DNA of 52,254 bases from contig CAYVNU010000001.1 of NCBI GenBank assembly GCA_964453265.1, positions 52,022 through 104,275 on the forward strand, written 5' to 3'. Positions 15,701-24,577 of this stretch are shown one piece after another. This DNA comes from an uncultured Candidatus Saccharibacteria bacterium (lineage in GTDB: Bacteria > Patescibacteriota > Doudnabacteria > UBA920). Made by a program: the position numbers and the translations under genes. The notes beneath the pieces are model-generated. The model was given only the letters and a program-made list of their open reading frames with translations. It did not search any database and had not been told where the DNA came from. Position 1 is the stretch's first letter. Every line of letters starts with the position of its first letter.

Positions 15701-16555
15701 TCTACCGAAGGTTATGCTGATTTCACCAGTCTCGCTCCGGATTTTGTAGTTACCAAAGATAACACTAAGACTCTAACTGTTAAAGCCGACTTAAATACTA
15801 TTTCTGGCGGTGCTGACAGTGGTGCTCAGTTTAATATTGCTCTCGACGGCACTAACAACTTCGAAGTTCGCGGTGTAGTCGGCAATACTTTGTTAACTGC
15901 TCCTTCCAGCGGAACTTACGCAGGCAGCTTGTATGTCTTGCGCAAGTCTCAGCCTAGAGTTGCGGTTGTTGCGTTACCAAGCGGCACAAAATTGTCCACT
16001 GGTACCAATACATTATTCCGCTTCTCCATTACTGCTGTTGACGGTCCTGTTGCTGTAAAGCACATTACCTTCACCAGCTCCACCTCTACCGGCGTAACTT
16101 TGTCCAACCCGGCCATTGCTCGCCAAGGTGGCAGTAATATTACCGTAACCTCTGCCAGCACTTATAGCGCAGGCAGTGCAGCTTTCGATGTTACCTTTAA
16201 CTCTGAAGAGTTAATTGACACCGGCAGCTCGGTAACTTATGACTTTAAAGCCGATGCATCTTTGAGCGGCCAAACCAATTACTCAGTTAGTACCAGAATT
16301 GCTTCCAGCGACACCGCTGTAGTAACTGGTTACTTAACTTCAGCATTGGCTGCTGCTCAGCAAGTTACTGACGATGATGCAGCTCTTGGTGTCGGTAACG
16401 CCACCTCTGCTGCTTCAGCCGCCTATAACTTCATCTGGTCTGATAAGTCTGCTGTTCCTCACAATGACACTGTAGGTTCAGGCGGTTCACACGACTGGAC
16501 TAACGGTCTTGGCGTGAAGACCCTTCCGACTGACTCACAAGGTTTGTCCTTCTAA
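12737..16555 (+). CDS. large secreted cell-surface protein (S-layer-like) with N-terminal triple repeat and multiple beta-sandwich-like modules
   Basis: Signal peptide MQNSVAKKLFAVGSAVAMTMSLAAPLVAQA-AA. 1272 aa, rich in Thr/Ser/Ala/Gly/Val and almost Cys-free. Modules of about 110-130 aa recur. Strong preference for AAC/GAC/TAC/TTC/GGT/GCT/ACT codons, unlike the neighbouring genes. GGAG lies 13 nt upstream of the ATG. Confidence 0.7.
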   Translation: MQNSVAKKLFAVGSAVAMTMSLAAPLVAQAAAHTAGTNVISSDGTVWMITSNNTRRAYTSGGAFLSYGFNSFANVQTANADDLALPVDGLGFIPPQDGSIICSDRGSDKGTCYFITNGKKAGFVSQQVFTGLGFSFTNAMNGDVSFLASDANIENTTAALKTGAITFFTYNGNKTYFLVGASSLLGIPSNEVFNSWGYSFKKAVPANAATQAWPVAGVMVARQLGQLSPSWTSTPGNPAPVPGTVSVSTAPGLAPSATVPKSATNVPFLKFMISNNGSSAATVDQITVHRSGSGATTDFSNVYVYQGNMRLTTGRTINSSTNDAVFSGLSLNIPAMSSVTLDVLGSIASTASAGNVHALSITSVMLGSTQATGTAMGNYMTLAGVTGGTVTVTKNGTMANPKVGQTNVRVAAFQLAASSSEDLVVKRITVYQAGSTARGNLSNFKLTQAGNTLATVASLDNKDHANFDVNFALAKGDTKVFEVWADVSGSARAGSTETVKFYIEETADIYAVGQTYGFGSAVDTGTSGTYDGTSCTSSSGNCSYSYIEGGQLTMTFNGPAAKDIAKNGKAVELFNFTVAAQNSLEMRGIKFTFNNGGSGTANFNDATTPNYTNIKIVDTTTGQVVWGPQDLSGTGSATSQDVTFTEYVNFAAGTSKTYKMVADVANNSDVAANDKIGVTMVTSYLTSSKVKNIDNNTFLSSTDIVPTSSLVGNQMTVKTATLAVALSSTPTSKSYVKGTSMVDAAGIVFTASTAKDVKVTDLTLTGMIATSTSSTLADGVQSSVNVSDDIVTVALYDGATQIGQTKSPAVTTGTVTFNSLNWTIPAGSSKTLTVKMSISSAATSSDKIKWKVAAGGVTAVDMEGNSVVDATGLTTTIPASAVNGSTSTSSGTTITISGAGTVSVATSGNNEQDVTDARVVTAGAMGVTMGKVNFTASNEDLKLNKVRINVQSASSSGTGSNIGDEINALYLYDGATKVAGPVSLTPSGSTEGYADFTSLAPDFVVTKDNTKTLTVKADLNTISGGADSGAQFNIALDGTNNFEVRGVVGNTLLTAPSSGTYAGSLYVLRKSQPRVAVVALPSGTKLSTGTNTLFRFSITAVDGPVAVKHITFTSSTSTGVTLSNPAIARQGGSNITVTSASTYSAGSAAFDVTFNSEELIDTGSSVTYDFKADASLSGQTNYSVSTRIASSDTAVVTGYLTSALAAAQQVTDDDAALGVGNATSAASAAYNFIWSDKSAVPHNDTVGSGGSHDWTNGLGVKTLPTDSQGLSF

Positions 16556-16611
16556 CTTAGCTTTTAGCTAACGTAAGAAAGCCCGCTTTAGGCCTTGGAA
16601 AAATAAAGCAA

Positions 16612-16641
16612 CCCCCTTGCCTTTATAGGCAAGGGGGTTTT
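16612..16641 (+). terminator. strong rho-independent terminator after the surface-protein gene
   Basis: cccccttgcc-tttata-ggcaaggggg followed by tttt. Confidence 0.85.
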
Positions 16642-16672
16642 AAATTGTCTTTAAAAAATGCTAAAATAGGTT

Positions 16673-17683
16673 ATGATTAGACTTTTGGTTTATAAGAAAT
16701 ATTTATTTATTGGTTTTGGCGGTCTCATTGTAGGCTTAGTTTTAGGCTATTTTTTTACTAGTAGGTATTTTGGCAGGACAGGTAAAGACTTGTATAGTTT
16801 TGCTATTAGAGAGCAGGCAAATAACTATAAATTAATTAGTCCGCTTTTGGCATTTGATGACGGTAAGGAATTTTATGAATTTTTACCCCTAAAGCAAAAA
16901 GTCGGGGAGGTAATAGAACAATTAAAAAAGGAAAATAAAGTCTCAGACGTGGGATTTTATTTTAGAGAAGGCAGCCATTGGGTGGGTTTAAACGAAAATA
17001 AAAAATTTACTCCGGCGAGTTTAATGAAAGTGCCTTTAATGATAGCTTATTTTAAATTGGCTGAAACTGATCCGGGAATTTTGCAAAAAAAATATTTATA
17101 TGATGGCAAGAATGATTTTAATGCCATAGAAAACAGAAAATCTGTAAATGTAATTAAGACTGGTCAGTGGTATAGCGTAGATGAATTAATTAAACATATG
17201 GTGGAAAATTCCGATAATAACGCAACAGCTATTTTGCAGGACAAAATTGATTATCAAGCTTTTAAAGAAGTATATAGCGATTTGGGAATGGAATTACCGT
17301 CTGATGATGCTACGAAGGATATAGACTATCTTTCCCCGAAACAATATTCTTTGTTTTTAAGAATACTTCGTAACGCTACATATTTAAATAAGGAATACTC
17401 TGAGAGAGCTATGGAATACTTAACGCAGACAGATTTTCAGCAGGGCATTGTCAGCTCTCTGCCAAAAAATATTATTGTCGCTCATAAGTTCGGGGAAAAT
17501 TATTATAAAAATTCAGATGGCCAAGCATTTTATGAGTTCCATGATTGTGGAATTATTTTATACCCCAATACCCCTTACTTATTATGTTTAATGACAAAAG
17601 CAGAAAAACAGGATAATTTACAGGAAGCTGTTGAAAAAATATCAGGCGTTGTTTTTAATCAAGTTATAAATAATTATAAATAA
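16673..17683 (+). CDS. membrane-anchored serine hydrolase, class A beta-lactamase/PBP-like
   Basis: N-terminal TM helix. SxxK (ASLMK), SDN (ENSDNNA) and a KTG-like HKFGE motif occur in the expected order. Confidence 0.65.
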   Translation: MIRLLVYKKYLFIGFGGLIVGLVLGYFFTSRYFGRTGKDLYSFAIREQANNYKLISPLLAFDDGKEFYEFLPLKQKVGEVIEQLKKENKVSDVGFYFREGSHWVGLNENKKFTPASLMKVPLMIAYFKLAETDPGILQKKYLYDGKNDFNAIENRKSVNVIKTGQWYSVDELIKHMVENSDNNATAILQDKIDYQAFKEVYSDLGMELPSDDATKDIDYLSPKQYSLFLRILRNATYLNKEYSERAMEYLTQTDFQQGIVSSLPKNIIVAHKFGENYYKNSDGQAFYEFHDCGIILYPNTPYLLCLMTKAEKQDNLQEAVEKISGVVFNQVINNYK

Positions 17684-17687
17684 ATAT

Positions 17688-18266
17688 ATGAGCAAAAAAA
17701 AGATTTTAATTTTAGGTTTATTGGTAGTTATTTTGGTTGCAGGTTTTGTTTTAATAGCCTGGCCTAAATACAAAAAATATTCGGAAGAAAAAAAAGCCCA
17801 ACAACAAGTTGTTGATGATCTTAAAGCACATAATCCTCAGCTGTATGGCAAAATCAGCAAGGCCATGCAAGAGAATTTAGATAAACTTAAGAAGAATCCT
17901 AAAGATTTTGAAGCACTTAGAGATTTAGCAGCACAGTACCAAACTTTGTTATTAATTGACAAAGCTGAAGAGACATACAAAAAGGCATTAGAAATTTCTC
18001 CTGACAGCGGTCTTATTTGGAATAATTTAGCGGTTTTATATGAACGGTCGGAGAATTGGTCAAAAGCGAAGGAGGCGTATTTAAAAATAATTAGTTTAGA
18101 CCCTAAAACTTACTCGGCTTATATTAGTTTAGCGCAAATGTATTTAAATAATCATGAAGGCAATAAAGAAGATGCCGTAAAACTGCTTCAACAGGGTATA
18201 CTAAACACCGGCAGCAAAACTTTAAAAGACGCTTTAGACAGGTTTAATAAGCAGGGGAGTTTGTAA
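17688..18266 (+). CDS. membrane-anchored TPR repeat protein
   Basis: N-terminal TM helix followed by TPR-like repeats (ALEISPDSGLIWNNLAVLYERSENWSKAKEAYLKIISLDP). Confidence 0.7.
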   Translation: MSKKKILILGLLVVILVAGFVLIAWPKYKKYSEEKKAQQQVVDDLKAHNPQLYGKISKAMQENLDKLKKNPKDFEALRDLAAQYQTLLLIDKAEETYKKALEISPDSGLIWNNLAVLYERSENWSKAKEAYLKIISLDPKTYSAYISLAQMYLNNHEGNKEDAVKLLQQGILNTGSKTLKDALDRFNKQGSL

Positions 18267-18267
18267 A

Positions 18268-20508
18268 ATGAAAAATTCGAATCAAACGCAGCCAAATTAT
18301 AAATCTGGCGGGGTTTTATTCCAGATGTTTTTTGTTTTGGTTGGTCTTTCGGTTTTAGTGCCACTGTTAACTTTTAAGAGTTTGTTGTATCCGTTTGTTA
18401 CTGGAAAAACTTTTTTGTTTAGAATACTTATTGAAGCTGCTTTTCCTTTATATGTTTATTTTCTTTCAAAAGAAAAGAAACTAAGGCCAAGTTTAAAAGA
18501 TTATTTAAATTTTAGCCTTTTAGTTTTTCTATTTTTAAGTTTAATATCAACAGTTTTTGGCTTAAATGCTGGTAAGAGCATGTGGGGGAATTTTGAAAGA
18601 ATGGGCGGTTTTTTTACCCTCATCCATTATTTTGCGTTATACTTTTATTTGCTTCTAATTGTTCGTCAAAATCAAAAGTATTTTGATTTATTTTTTAAAT
18701 TTTTAGTTTTTGTAAGTTTTGCAGTTTCACTCAATGCAATTTCTTCTAAGTTTGGCGGACCTTCATTAGTTTTTGATTTGTGGCTGGAGGGTGGGCGTGT
18801 ATCATCGACTTTAGGTAATCCGATTTATCTGGGTAGTTTTTTAATTTTGCCAATGGCCTTAGGATTGGTGTACATGGAAAGAGCGACAAATTTTAAAATT
18901 AAATTGCTTTATGCGGTTAGCGTGTTTTTTATGCTTTGGGCGATTTTTTTAAGCGCGACTCGCGGAGCGTTATTGGGAGTATTTGTCGGTCTTGTTGTGG
19001 GGATTTTCATTTTTTTATTTTTTGGCAAAAAGAATTTGGCAAAAAGAATTATTTTGCCTGGCGCTATTATTTTTTTATTAGCAATTGCTAGCTTGTTCTT
19101 TTTTAAAAACAATTTACCCGAGACTTTCGTGCTTAGGCGTGCTTTGGAATTTAACGATCAGAATACGCAATCTAGGTTGCTGCAATGGAAATTGGTTTTG
19201 CACGGATTTAAAGAGCATTTTTTACTTGGCACCGGACCTGAAAATTATAATATCCTCGCTAATAAACATTATGAGCCGAAACAATACAGCTTAGATAAAA
19301 GCTGGTTTGATAAACCTCATAATTACTTTTTGGAGATTTTAGCCACCCAAGGGATTTTGGGAATTATTTCTTATTTGGCAGTGATGGTATTGGCATTTTG
19401 GTCATTATTTCAAGCTTTTAAATCTCAGTATTTGAGTTTATTTAGTTTTGCCGTTCTTGTTTCCGGCTTTGTCGCTTATCAGGCCCAGAATTTTTTTGTA
19501 TTCGAAACTATTTGCGCAAGCATAGTTTTTTATGCTTATTTAGCTTTTATGCATAGTCAGAATTTTGAAAGCGGCAACGCACCAACATCTGCGAAGAAAA
19601 CTTTTTCTTATGGCAATATCGTACTTGCTATTTTTGCGATAATTGCTTTTTATTTTATATACGCATTCAATATTTTGCCATGGAAAATGGCCAAGTTGCT
19701 TAATTCCGGATTGACTGCTTATGCAAAACTAAGTCCACCAAATTATGATTTGGCTAAAACTTTGTTTGACCGGGCTGATGGAATGAATCTAGGTTTTGAT
19801 ACCACTGAATTATTTTATAAATATTCAGATATGGCTTTGGCAGCCGCACAAAGCAGCGGGGAAGTAAAACAGGAATTTGTTAAAGGGGTTTTATCTGACG
19901 GTGTTCATATTGGCCAAAAAGCCATTTTAGAAAACCCAACTAATCCTGTTAATTTATATTATTTAGCCACTTTAAAATATTTTTCTGAATTAGCTAGTAA
20001 AGGGCAAAATTTTCAAGAAACAATTGATGGTTTGAATAAGGCTTATAACTTAGCACCAAAAAGACCGGAAATTTACTATATGTTGGTTGCTGCGAATGTA
20101 GCTGCAAAAAATTATAGTCAGGCGGAAAATTTCGCCAGGGAATATTATAAAAATTATCCTTGGCTTAGCCAGGGCGTTTGGCAAATGGCCTGGGTAAATT
20201 ATAAAAAAAATAATCTACCGGAAGCAGGTAAATATGCTTTGGATGCTGTTAGTAAAGGCTATAAAGTAGAAACATTTTCAGAAGGCAAATTGTTTGCGGA
20301 TTATTTTTATTCTATAAACCAGCCTGAACAAGTTGTAAAAATTTATGAGCAGCTGGTTAAGACTGATGAGCATAATTTGCAGGTTTATTTAGGTTTGACC
20401 GAGGCATATTATTTAAATAGGCAGTTTAATGAAGCAAAAAATTTAGCCAATGAAATTATTACAGCGGACCCGTCTCAAAAAATGAGTTTAGAAAAATATT
20501 TAAAATAA
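18268..20508 (+). CDS. O-antigen ligase-like (Wzy_C) polytopic membrane protein with C-terminal TPR domain
   Basis: GNPIYLGSFLILP, SATRGALLG and RLLQWKLVLHGFKEHFLLGTGPENY match the Wzy_C/O-antigen-ligase pattern, followed by C-terminal TPR repeats. Paralog of 22291-24549. Confidence 0.75.
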   Translation: MKNSNQTQPNYKSGGVLFQMFFVLVGLSVLVPLLTFKSLLYPFVTGKTFLFRILIEAAFPLYVYFLSKEKKLRPSLKDYLNFSLLVFLFLSLISTVFGLNAGKSMWGNFERMGGFFTLIHYFALYFYLLLIVRQNQKYFDLFFKFLVFVSFAVSLNAISSKFGGPSLVFDLWLEGGRVSSTLGNPIYLGSFLILPMALGLVYMERATNFKIKLLYAVSVFFMLWAIFLSATRGALLGVFVGLVVGIFIFLFFGKKNLAKRIILPGAIIFLLAIASLFFFKNNLPETFVLRRALEFNDQNTQSRLLQWKLVLHGFKEHFLLGTGPENYNILANKHYEPKQYSLDKSWFDKPHNYFLEILATQGILGIISYLAVMVLAFWSLFQAFKSQYLSLFSFAVLVSGFVAYQAQNFFVFETICASIVFYAYLAFMHSQNFESGNAPTSAKKTFSYGNIVLAIFAIIAFYFIYAFNILPWKMAKLLNSGLTAYAKLSPPNYDLAKTLFDRADGMNLGFDTTELFYKYSDMALAAAQSSGEVKQEFVKGVLSDGVHIGQKAILENPTNPVNLYYLATLKYFSELASKGQNFQETIDGLNKAYNLAPKRPEIYYMLVAANVAAKNYSQAENFAREYYKNYPWLSQGVWQMAWVNYKKNNLPEAGKYALDAVSKGYKVETFSEGKLFADYFYSINQPEQVVKIYEQLVKTDEHNLQVYLGLTEAYYLNRQFNEAKNLANEIITADPSQKMSLEKYLK

Positions 20509-20514
20509 TTTTCA

Positions 20515-20543
20515 TTGACAATAGTTAAAAAAACTGCTATAAT
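20515..20543 (+). promoter_or_regulatory. perfect consensus promoter TTGACA-17-TATAAT upstream of the HlyD-like gene
   Basis: TTGACA at 20515-20520 and TATAAT at 20538-20543. Confidence 0.55.
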
Positions 20544-20578
20544 TAAGTGTCTATTCATTAAATGAATTCAATAAAATT

Positions 20579-22105
20579 ATGAGTAAATTGTGGAATTTTT
20601 TAAAGCAAAAGAAAGTGATTGCTGGAATTGTGGTTATTCTAGTGGTTATATTTTTTATTGCCAGAAGCGGAAATAAAAGTGCGGGCGATATTCAAACAGA
20701 TAAGATAAAAAAACAGGATTTAAAACAGACAGTTTTAGCTACCGGACAGGTTACCAGTAAAACAGATTTATCATTGACTTTTAAATCTAGTGGAATTATT
20801 GACAGGGTTAATGTCAAAGTTGGCGATATAGTTAAGTCCGGACAAATTTTGGCTAACCTTGATCAAAAAGATCAAGTTGCTAGACTTACTCAGGCTAGGG
20901 GATCCCTTAAACAGGCTGAGGCTAATTATCAGAAAGTTATTGACGGAGCTTCAAATGAAGAAGTTGCTGTTGCAAGAGTAACTTTAGAAAACGCAAAAAA
21001 AACTTTAGAAGATACAAAAAAACAACAACAAGTTTTAGTTGATAATGCATATAAGACATTATTAAATTCTGGTTTAGAAGCGGTGTCTGCTTCTGGTAAT
21101 TTTAATGCCACAGCGCCGACTATAAGCGGTTTATACAACAGTACTCAGCAAGGTCAGTATACAATTATTCAGGAAGGCCAGAGTTTTTATGTTACTGGTC
21201 TTGAAAATGTTGGCAATCAATCTATAAATACAAGTGTGCCGGTACCGCTGTCTTTGGGCAGCAGAGGTTTATATATTCAATTTCCTGCAAATTTAGGTAG
21301 TAGTAAAGATCAGTGGGTTGTAAGTATACCTAATACTAAGAGTTCTTATTATGTTGCAAATTATAACGCGTATCAATCGGCTTTGGAGACTCAGAGAGCA
21401 CAGAATCAAACAGCGGAAAATACCGTAGCTTCTGCTCAGGCATCTTTGGAGTTAAAGATGGCAAAAGCCAGGCCGGCCGAACTTGATGGTGCTAACGCAC
21501 AAATTTTAAGCGCGCAGGGTCAGGTACAGCAAGCTGCTGCAGATTATGAAAATACTTTAATGCGGGCTCCGGGCGACGGAACTATTACAAAAGTTGACGC
21601 AAAAGTAGGGCAACAGGCAGTTGGTTCACAGCCTTTGGTTGTGCTTCAGGATGTGGGGAATTTACATGTTGAAGCCAATATTAGCGAAGCAAACATAGCT
21701 TTAGTGAAAATAAATCAGCCTGTAGAAATTACTTTTGATGCATTGGGGTCTGACAGGAAATTTAAAGGCACTGTGCAGCAAATCGATCCGGCATCGACTG
21801 TTGTTTCCGGAGTGGTTAATTATAAGGTTACAGTTGGACTCGATAAATTAGATGAAATTAAGCCCGGTATGACAGCTAACTTAAACATTTTGGCTGCGGA
21901 AAAAAATGGCGTGCTGTCAATTCCTTCTAGGGCAATAATTACCGATGGCGGGAAAAAATACGCTAGAGTTATAACCGATGCAAAAAAGAAAACTTATAAG
22001 CAAGTTGAGGTTTCTACCGGTCTTGAAGCAGACGGCGGACTGGTTGAGATTACGAGCGGTTTGGAAGACGGACAGGAAGTCGTAACGTTTATTAAGACAA
22101 AATAA
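20579..22105 (+). CDS. HlyD/MacA-type periplasmic adaptor (membrane fusion) protein, no cognate transporter adjacent
   Basis: N-terminal TM helix, a lipoyl-like motif (GIIDRVNVKVGDIVKSGQILANLD), a long coiled-coil and a C-terminal beta-barrel (GTITKVDAKVGQ). Confidence 0.8.
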   Translation: MSKLWNFLKQKKVIAGIVVILVVIFFIARSGNKSAGDIQTDKIKKQDLKQTVLATGQVTSKTDLSLTFKSSGIIDRVNVKVGDIVKSGQILANLDQKDQVARLTQARGSLKQAEANYQKVIDGASNEEVAVARVTLENAKKTLEDTKKQQQVLVDNAYKTLLNSGLEAVSASGNFNATAPTISGLYNSTQQGQYTIIQEGQSFYVTGLENVGNQSINTSVPVPLSLGSRGLYIQFPANLGSSKDQWVVSIPNTKSSYYVANYNAYQSALETQRAQNQTAENTVASAQASLELKMAKARPAELDGANAQILSAQGQVQQAAADYENTLMRAPGDGTITKVDAKVGQQAVGSQPLVVLQDVGNLHVEANISEANIALVKINQPVEITFDALGSDRKFKGTVQQIDPASTVVSGVVNYKVTVGLDKLDEIKPGMTANLNILAAEKNGVLSIPSRAIITDGGKKYARVITDAKKKTYKQVEVSTGLEADGGLVEITSGLEDGQEVVTFIKTK

Positions 22106-22119
22106 TTTTTTTAAAAAAA

Positions 22120-22146
22120 CCTGCGTGTTTTACGCAGGTTTTTTTT
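22120..22146 (+). terminator. rho-independent terminator
   Basis: CCTGCGT-gtttt-ACGCAGG followed by a T-run. Confidence 0.8.
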
Positions 22147-22218
22147 GTTTATTCACGTTTAGAGCGAGACAAACTATTTATCTTTTTTAATTGTTAAGAC
22201 AATAATTTAACCAAATAT

Positions 22219-22248
22219 TTGCTTAAATGTTAGTAATTGCGATATAAT
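22219..22248 (+). promoter_or_regulatory. candidate promoter TTGCTT-18-TATAAT
   Basis: Read directly from the sequence, 43 nt upstream of ATG 22291. Confidence 0.4.
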
Positions 22249-22290
22249 CCATAAAGCAACAATAAAAATTTATAAGCATATAATAAAATT

Positions 22291-24549
22291 ATGGGACTTC
22301 AAAAAGTATCAGCTTGGGTGCTAAAAATTTTAATCTTTTTATCTTTATTAACTCCGGTTTTGGTAAGCAAAGATTTGCTTTTTCCTTTTGTAACCACAAA
22401 AGCTTTTTATTTTAGGGTAATAGTTGAACTTGGATTGCCCTTTTATATTTATTTGTTGCTAACCCGCAAAGATTTGAGGCCGGATTTAAAACAACCGCTT
22501 AACTTGTCTGTGATATTATTTTTAGTTATAAATTTAATATCAGCTTTTTTTGGTGTTAATCTTATAAAAAGTTTGTGGGGAAATTTTGAAAGAATGGGTG
22601 GGGTTTTTTATCTTGCTCATTTAACTTTGCTGTATTTTTACTTGCTAGCAATGGCAAAAATTTCTGGAAATTGGCTGGCTTCGTTTTTAAAAACAGCGAT
22701 TAACTTAAGTGTGGGTTTGGTTTTATATGGCATGTTGGTAAGGTTTTTAGCTGAATATGGAAAACTTGCGCCATTAACAGAATATTTGAGGAAAATTAGC
22801 TTAGATTTTTTAATTGTTCCAGACCCATCTTTGCCGGTGAGGTCTTCTATTACTTTTGGTAATCCGATATATGTCGGTAGTTTTTTGATTTTGCCTTTTT
22901 TTCTCTCTATATTTTTTGCTTTCCAGGCAGAAAGCTTAAAAGCGAAAGTTTGGTGGTGGCTAACGGCTTTTTTGGAACTCTTGGGTATATATTATAGCGG
23001 TACGCGTGGCGCCATGGTTGGTTTGGTTATAGGTTCATTTATTTCAGCTTTAGTATATTTATTTTTTGAAAAAAAACACAAAAATCAAATTACAATGTCA
23101 GTGATTATTTCAGTATTTTTGGCCTGTGGATTTGCTTTATTTGCCGTAGGTAATAGATTACCCCATAATCTTAATTTCAGCAGATTAATAAAGTTAAATG
23201 ACAGCAATAGCCAAGCTCGAATTATTCAATGGAAAGTGGCATTAAGGGGGTATGTGGACAGACCGATTTTAGGTACAGGCCCGGAAAATTATTATGTAAT
23301 TTCGAGCAAATACCATAATCCGGAAATTTATAAGTACGATAGAAGTTGGTTTGATAAGCCTCATAATTTTTTATTGGAAATTTTAGTCACAACTGGGATT
23401 TTCGGTTTTGTGGCGTACCTAGGTATTATATTTTTTAGCGCTTACGGATTATTTTTAGCCTACAAAAATGAAATTTTAGCATTGCCGGAGTTTTGCGTTT
23501 TGTTGGCCGGAGTTTTGGTTTACCAAATACAAAATCTATTTGTATTTGACAACATTGCCGCTAGTATGATGTTTTTTGTTTATTTAGGCTTTGTTTCGTT
23601 TCTTTTTCCAAAACAAAAAATTACTCAACCAGCAAAAAAAAATCTTGTGGTTTTCGAGCCTTGGCAAGCATGGGTTTTTGGCGTAAGTCTTGTGGTGATT
23701 TCTTATATTAATTATGTCGGTAATATTTCGTCGGCCAAGGCATCAAAAAATACTAATTACGGCTATGCTTATTCATCGGTAGATCCGCAAATTGCCCAAG
23801 ATTATTTTAATCAGGCTATAAATAGTCCGTTTAATTTTGACAAAGGCGAGACTGCCATGAAGTACGCTGAATTTGCTTCTAATATTGTTAATTCAAATGT
23901 TAAGCCCGAATTGATTAAAAGTGTTTTAAATAATTCCGCTAAATTGCTTGAACAAATAACTCAAAGCCAAGCCGGTAATTATCCGGTTTATTGGCAAAAA
24001 CTTGCTCAAATATATTTAATTCAAAGTTTTTACAACAAGACGCAAGTAAATCCGGATGCAGAAGAGGCCTTAAAGAAAGCTGTTGAGCTTTCCCCAAATC
24101 GTATTGAGGCAAAAACCTATTATGCGGAAATGAAATTATGGCAGGGCAGGGTAGGCGAGGCGGTGGAAATGTTTAAAGAAGTTTCAGAAATTGATCCGAC
24201 CAATTCTGATGTGGTCTGGGAATTGGCCGTGGCTGAAAATTCCGCCGGCCAGACTCAAAGTGCTCTGAAGAGAGTGGCGGAATTATTTGAACAAAAAAAG
24301 GAGCCAAGGAGTTTTCAATTTATTGCTTGGGTGCTTGATTACTATAAAAAGACCAATAATGCCAACAGTTTGTTTGCGCTTTATGAACATGTGGCAAATT
24401 TAGGTTTGCTTGACGTAAATGCTTATAAAGACTTGCTTCAGTTATATGTAAATACTAAGCAAGCAGACAAAGCGCAGTCTTTAGCTGAATATTTAATTAA
24501 ACAAAATCCAAAACTTGCGCCGGAAGTACAAAAAATATTAAAACCATAA
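22291..24549 (+). CDS. O-antigen ligase-like (Wzy_C) polytopic membrane protein with C-terminal TPR domain (paralog 2)
   Basis: Collinear similarity to 18268-20508 (LLFPFVTTKAFYFRV..., WGNFERMGG, GNPIYVGSFLILP, SGTRGAMVG, RIIQWKVALRGY...GTGPENY). Confidence 0.75.
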   Translation: MGLQKVSAWVLKILIFLSLLTPVLVSKDLLFPFVTTKAFYFRVIVELGLPFYIYLLLTRKDLRPDLKQPLNLSVILFLVINLISAFFGVNLIKSLWGNFERMGGVFYLAHLTLLYFYLLAMAKISGNWLASFLKTAINLSVGLVLYGMLVRFLAEYGKLAPLTEYLRKISLDFLIVPDPSLPVRSSITFGNPIYVGSFLILPFFLSIFFAFQAESLKAKVWWWLTAFLELLGIYYSGTRGAMVGLVIGSFISALVYLFFEKKHKNQITMSVIISVFLACGFALFAVGNRLPHNLNFSRLIKLNDSNSQARIIQWKVALRGYVDRPILGTGPENYYVISSKYHNPEIYKYDRSWFDKPHNFLLEILVTTGIFGFVAYLGIIFFSAYGLFLAYKNEILALPEFCVLLAGVLVYQIQNLFVFDNIAASMMFFVYLGFVSFLFPKQKITQPAKKNLVVFEPWQAWVFGVSLVVISYINYVGNISSAKASKNTNYGYAYSSVDPQIAQDYFNQAINSPFNFDKGETAMKYAEFASNIVNSNVKPELIKSVLNNSAKLLEQITQSQAGNYPVYWQKLAQIYLIQSFYNKTQVNPDAEEALKKAVELSPNRIEAKTYYAEMKLWQGRVGEAVEMFKEVSEIDPTNSDVVWELAVAENSAGQTQSALKRVAELFEQKKEPRSFQFIAWVLDYYKKTNNANSLFALYEHVANLGLLDVNAYKDLLQLYVNTKQADKAQSLAEYLIKQNPKLAPEVQKILKP

Positions 24550-24553
24550 ATAT

Positions 24554-24577
24554 AAAAACTCCCGCAAGGGAGTTTTT
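24554..24577. terminator. bidirectional terminator between convergent genes
   Basis: aaaaACTCCC-gcaa-GGGAGTtttt has an A-run on one side and a T-run on the other. It overlaps the stop codon of the minus-strand gene. Confidence 0.75.
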
